From positions 1-28,774 of the IMG/VR virus record IMGVR_UViG_3300037479_000205: a DNA stretch of 28,774 nucleotides. One strand, 5' to 3'. The notes under the pieces are model-generated. The model made no database searches and was not told the origin of the DNA. It worked only from the letters and a program-made list of their open reading frames with translations. The DNA comes from a virus (lineage: Duplodnaviria; Caudoviricetes). Below are positions 24,936 through 28,774 of the stretch, one piece after another. Positions within the stretch are counted from its first letter, which is position 1, and every line of letters begins with the position of its first letter. Position numbers and translations under genes: made by a program.

Positions 24936-26096
24936 GTGCCGCACGGCCTCACTCCAGAAGGATTCAATCCCAAGACGCTCGACGAGTGCCGCGAGGAGAT
25001 CGGCGCAGAGTTGCGCGCGCGCTTCGGGCAAAATATCCAACTCACCGAACAATCAATTTTCGGGCAGCTCCGCGATATTTTTGCGGAACGAGAGTCGCTG
25101 ATCTGGGCTGAGGCGCAACACGTCTATTCGTCGGCCTATCCGGACAGCGCAGAGGGCGCCGCGCTCGACGATCTGGTCGCTCTCGCTGCGGTGGAACGCA
25201 GCGCAGCCACATATTCGGAGGTTACGCTCACGCTCGGCGGCACGAACGGGACGGTCATCCCGATCAACAGCGTCTCCGCCGATGAAGCCGGGGAGCGCTG
25301 GGTGCACCAAGCGGCGGCGACGATCAGCGGCGGCACAGCAACGGTCGCCGCGCGCCCTGAGCGCACCGGGCCGGTCGCTGCTCTTGCAGGAACGATCACT
25401 GAGATTGTCACGCCTGTATCCGGGTGGACGTCGGTGACGAACGCACTCGATGCCGACACGGGCAACGACGTGCAGAGTGATGCATCGCTCCGCGAGGTCT
25501 TTGGGCTCACCATGCGCGCCGGCGGCGGATCAGCGGCCGAGGCGATCCGCGCTTCGATCCTGCGGCTGGATGGAGTCACGGAATGCGTGATCATCGAAAA
25601 CGAATCCGCGATCGATGACAGCGACGGCCGCCCGGGAAAGAGCTTCGAGACGGTCATCCGTGGCGGCGACGACCAAGACATCGTCGATACGATCTGGTTC
25701 GGTAAGCCAGCGGGGATCGAGACCTACGGATCGGACTCAGGCACCGCCACGGATGCTGTCGGCGACCCGCATACGATCAATTTCTCACGACCCACCGAGC
25801 GCAACGTCTGGATCAAATTGGACGTCGAATATGAGGCCGGCGTGCTCGATGCGCGCCGGGACGAGATCGAGGCGGAGGCGCTCGCCGCCATTCTCGAGTA
25901 CGGCGAAACTTTCACGATCGGCAGAGACGTAGTTCCGTTCAAAATTATTCAGCGAATCGATAGCGACGGCATCGAGCAGCTATCTCTGTTCGCCGGATTT
26001 GCCGCGAACCCAATCTCTGAGGAACCACTCACGATCGCACTCACCGAGCTGGCCATTTTCGACTCCAGCCGGGTGACTTTCAACAGGCTCAACTAA
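24936..26096 (+). CDS. Baseplate J / gp47-like protein
   Basis: 'GLTPEGF', 'PDSAEGAALD', 'TPVSGWTSVTN', 'KPAGIETYG', 'INFSRP'. Confidence 0.92.
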   Translation: MPHGLTPEGFNPKTLDECREEIGAELRARFGQNIQLTEQSIFGQLRDIFAERESLIWAEAQHVYSSAYPDSAEGAALDDLVALAAVERSAATYSEVTLTLGGTNGTVIPINSVSADEAGERWVHQAAATISGGTATVAARPERTGPVAALAGTITEIVTPVSGWTSVTNALDADTGNDVQSDASLREVFGLTMRAGGGSAAEAIRASILRLDGVTECVIIENESAIDDSDGRPGKSFETVIRGGDDQDIVDTIWFGKPAGIETYGSDSGTATDAVGDPHTINFSRPTERNVWIKLDVEYEAGVLDARRDEIEAEALAAILEYGETFTIGRDVVPFKIIQRIDSDGIEQLSLFAGFAANPISEEPLTIALTELAIFDSSRVTFNRLN

Positions 26097-27094
26097 TGGC
26101 GAACCTCAACAAAGATGGATGGACCGGTCCGAACCAAGTCACATTCTCGTCTGCTTCGGATCAAGCGGTCCAATATCGCGAGAAGGGTTTCGGGATCATC
26201 GACGATATGCGCTCGGTGGGTTGGACATCCGGGCGCTCGAGCAACGGTACCAACGCCGGGGCCGGGACCGACTTTGCCACCGGCCGAATCGAAGACGCAG
26301 ACGACATTGTTTTCGGCACCGAAGCCTCGCAGGCGCATTCGTGGGTCGAGATGATTCCGCCCAGCGGCAAGGGCAACCCGGCAATGGGCACTGCCTTCCG
26401 CGTCTTCCTCAATTTTAACAACTCCAACGCCGACACGACGCCGCAGAACGTCGATATTTACCTGGCCGTCGGATCATATAGCGGCGGATCGACGACGACG
26501 CGCGCGACGATCACTGGTGTGGAGCTTTCGGTTCTCGCACACAACATGATCCCTTGGACCGCAGCGCTCGCCGGCTCCATGTGCTCCTGGACCACCGAAG
26601 ACGGCGACGTCTATTTCGCATCAAAGGCGAACGGGGATTCTTTCTTCCGATCGTTGATGTGGATCCGGGACGATCCCGAGAATGCGCTGGGCGAATTCAC
26701 ACTCACACTATTCGCGATCTCCAATGCGACCGCGGATATCGTGACCGCTGCCTCGCTGCAGACGACGTCGGCGCACCGCGCATTCCTTTCCGACGGTAGC
26801 GGTGCGGTCTCAGCGACGTCCGGACAGTGCATCGCGTTCGCGTTGTCGGCTCTGACGAGCGGACAGGAAGCCACTACGTCGCGGGTGCCGATGCGCGATG
26901 TCGAGCTCTGGAACAATGCTGCTGCGGCAGCAGGTCGCGACTTCGGTGCGCTCGTCGACGTGCGCGGGTGCCCGGCGAACACGGGATGGAACCACGAGGA
27001 TGTTGACGCGACGGTCGATAACTCGAACCAATGGCCGATGATCCACCGGACGATCGGTGACCTCGCAATGCCAGGGGACGCGGCGATCACATGA
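26096..27094 (+). CDS. Hypothetical protein (probable beta-rich virion protein) between baseplate wedge genes
   Basis: TAATG/ATGA coupling on both sides; Gly/Ser/Thr/Asn-rich; no recognisable motif. Confidence 0.65.
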   Translation: MANLNKDGWTGPNQVTFSSASDQAVQYREKGFGIIDDMRSVGWTSGRSSNGTNAGAGTDFATGRIEDADDIVFGTEASQAHSWVEMIPPSGKGNPAMGTAFRVFLNFNNSNADTTPQNVDIYLAVGSYSGGSTTTRATITGVELSVLAHNMIPWTAALAGSMCSWTTEDGDVYFASKANGDSFFRSLMWIRDDPENALGEFTLTLFAISNATADIVTAASLQTTSAHRAFLSDGSGAVSATSGQCIAFALSALTSGQEATTSRVPMRDVELWNNAAAAAGRDFGALVDVRGCPANTGWNHEDVDATVDNSNQWPMIHRTIGDLAMPGDAAIT

Positions 27095-28401
27095 GCATCG
27101 CGATCTCATATCGCGCAACTAACCGCGACGCCTATAACCGGTTCTCGCCGTTATTTGACGACGTCACCGGGTTTACTTCTCCGCTGTCGATCTCTGCCGC
27201 TGCGATCGACTCGACCACAGTGCGCATCACATTCAGTCGAGAGGTTCCCAACAACGAAGCACTCCGCTGCGCGAGCACCTATCACATCGCCCGCAGCGAC
27301 AACGACGCGCCGCTGGTGGTGCATTCGGTGACGCCGAGCAGCAGTGTCGATCCGATCTCCGTTGACGTTGAGGTTGATGAACAGCAAGACGCTATCGAGT
27401 ACACGGCATCGATCGATGTGATTGGTGAGCCGCTTCCGCTCTCGGACACGTTCGTCGGCATTGGCGTCGCTCCTGAAGTCGTGAGCGCGTTTGCGGAGAC
27501 CACGAGACGGGTGCGTGTCGTGTTCTCGGAGCCGATGGACGCGGCTTCAGGGATCGCGGACTCAGCGAGTTACACGATCACCGCCGACGTAGGCTCGGCC
27601 GCGCGCACGGTGGTGTCAGTCTCGCTCGAGCCAGCGGTGAGCCCGACGTATGTGCTGCTGGTGCTTGACGGCGATCTGACCGTTGGCACCGACAATTACA
27701 ACGTCGCGGTCGACACCACGGTCACGGATGCCGCGGGAAATGAGCTCGACGCCGCAGCCGACGATGCCGATTTCGACGGCACACACGCCGACCCTCTTAC
27801 GGACCACTGCGAGGAGGCGAAGGCTCGGCTGGCTTACCAGCATCGCGGACAAGAGCGGATCGAGGATCTGATCTGCGTGTTCGCTGAGCGGATGCAGGCG
27901 CCCGATCAGGCACTGATCGACACGCGTTCATTCCGGTCGATCGACACGGCGTTCGGTGAGCAACTGGATCGCATCGGTGCGATCATAGGAATTACACGCA
28001 AGGGGCTCGACGACGAAGAATACCGCATTCGGCTGCGTGCCAAAGCGCAGGTGATTCGGAGCCGCGGGCGCCCGGATGAGTTGCTGAATATTCTGACGAC
28101 GCTCGACGACGGCTTCACCGCGAGCGAAGGCGGCAACATAACGCTTGTGGAATCGTTCCCGGCGACGGTGATTCTGAATGGCACCCTGGTACCGTCCGGA
28201 GATGTCGAACGTGGCGCAGAATTCGCGCAGTCGTATTTGCGACCAGCGAAACCAGCTGGAGTGAGGCTCATTCACGAATTCTGGGAGACCGATATCCCGC
28301 TGCTTTTGATGCGTGAAATCGGCGATCCGCAGGTGCCTCTCGCGAATGCGATGAGTGAGCTTCCGAATACTCTTCGCGGACATATGAAAGAGGCTTGGTA
28401 A
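27091..28401 (+). CDS. Baseplate wedge protein (DUF2612/gpI-like) with N-terminal Ig-like domains
   Basis: C-term 'IDTAFGEQLDRIGAIIG..R.GLDDEEYRIRLRAK', 'KPAGV'. N-term 'VRITFSREV' and 'VRVVFSEPMD...VTDAAGN'. Confidence 0.85.
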   Translation: MSIAISYRATNRDAYNRFSPLFDDVTGFTSPLSISAAAIDSTTVRITFSREVPNNEALRCASTYHIARSDNDAPLVVHSVTPSSSVDPISVDVEVDEQQDAIEYTASIDVIGEPLPLSDTFVGIGVAPEVVSAFAETTRRVRVVFSEPMDAASGIADSASYTITADVGSAARTVVSVSLEPAVSPTYVLLVLDGDLTVGTDNYNVAVDTTVTDAAGNELDAAADDADFDGTHADPLTDHCEEAKARLAYQHRGQERIEDLICVFAERMQAPDQALIDTRSFRSIDTAFGEQLDRIGAIIGITRKGLDDEEYRIRLRAKAQVIRSRGRPDELLNILTTLDDGFTASEGGNITLVESFPATVILNGTLVPSGDVERGAEFAQSYLRPAKPAGVRLIHEFWETDIPLLLMREIGDPQVPLANAMSELPNTLRGHMKEAW

Positions 28402-28774
28402 TGGCTGACCGACCAGCACAACTGCCGCGATGGGCAGACAACGGGGGCGACGTAACGGAGCCTTCGGAGGATCAGAAGGACGTTGGTTGGGACGATCCGC
28501 AGAGTCTCTTCCGAGAGTATCTCAACTATCTCTTCCTGACGATCTATCAATGGTTGGCATGGCTGCACCAGGTCACGCGCCGCACGTCATATTTCTCGGA
28601 CGATCAGGCGCTACCGGTCGGCACAACTCCGGCGATCGGCGCAGGATTGTCGATCGCGCCTGGAAGCTTCTCTGGTGCGGCGTTCGTCGATGGTTATGAG
28701 ATCGCGCTGACGACGGGGCCAAATCAGCAGACGCAGATCTTCGTTGTCCCAGCGACGCCGGACAACAGCACGTT
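28401..28774 (+). CDS. Tail fibre N-terminus (3'-truncated); absent from the ORF track
   Basis: TAATG overlap. MADRPAQLPRWADNGGDVTEPSEDQKDVGW...EYLNYLFLTIYQWLAWL...QQTQIFVVPATPDNST, open to the window end. Confidence 0.8.
   Translation, partial: MADRPAQLPRWADNGGDVTEPSEDQKDVGWDDPQSLFREYLNYLFLTIYQWLAWLHQVTRRTSYFSDDQALPVGTTPAIGAGLSIAPGSFSGAAFVDGYEIALTTGPNQQTQIFVVPATPDNST
28738..28774 (+). repeat. 37-bp exact repeat of sheath sequence 17818-17854, running off the window end
   Basis: Direct comparison; read in the same frame (FVVPATPDNST) in both genes. Confidence 0.95.

Larger units (their letters stand above)
1..28774 (+). mobile_element. Tailed phage/prophage segment (contractile-tail, myovirus-like): packaging, head, neck, tail and baseplate modules
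   Basis: Co-oriented, tightly coupled genes (many ATGA/TAATG overlaps) in canonical order terS-terL-portal-MuF-protease-decoration-capsid-neck-sheath-tube-chaperone-TMP-baseplate-fibre. Free phage vs prophage cannot be decided here. Confidence 0.97.

Noticed and set aside
17818-28774. Diversity-generating retroelement template/variable repeat pair
   Set aside because: The repeats are exact rather than adenine-mutated, and no reverse transcriptase is in the window.

Overview
A GC-rich tailed-phage or prophage segment with every credible gene on the + strand. Bases 1-4630 hold small accessory and regulatory genes: a probable RHH protein, a TerS-like HTH protein, a Zn-finger protein, an XRE regulator and an HNH endonuclease. 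Then come terS-terL, four small inserted genes, and a near-complete contractile-tail (myovirus-type) morphogenesis operon: DUF1073-type portal, MuF, DUF2213 protease/scaffold, decoration protein, DUF2184-type capsid, neck, DUF3383-type sheath, DUF3277-type tube, tail chaperone, tape measure, baseplate and the start of a tail fibre. No integrase, lysis, replication, tRNA or CRISPR features were recognised. Main observations: (1) one ~80-90 aa module is inserted into four different virion proteins, with exact DNA identity between some copies; (2) two small genes between terL and portal carry a peptide resembling the tail-tube N-terminus, one behind a twin-arginine signal; (3) portal and MuF carry C-terminal cargo domains, and R-x-D-[A/S] motifs recur across the head proteins; (4) a three-copy motif ACACRGGGGAA-N7-CAACA precedes three structural modules; (5) there is an unannotated -1 frameshift tail chaperone. 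All family assignments come from motif recognition and gene order, not database searches.
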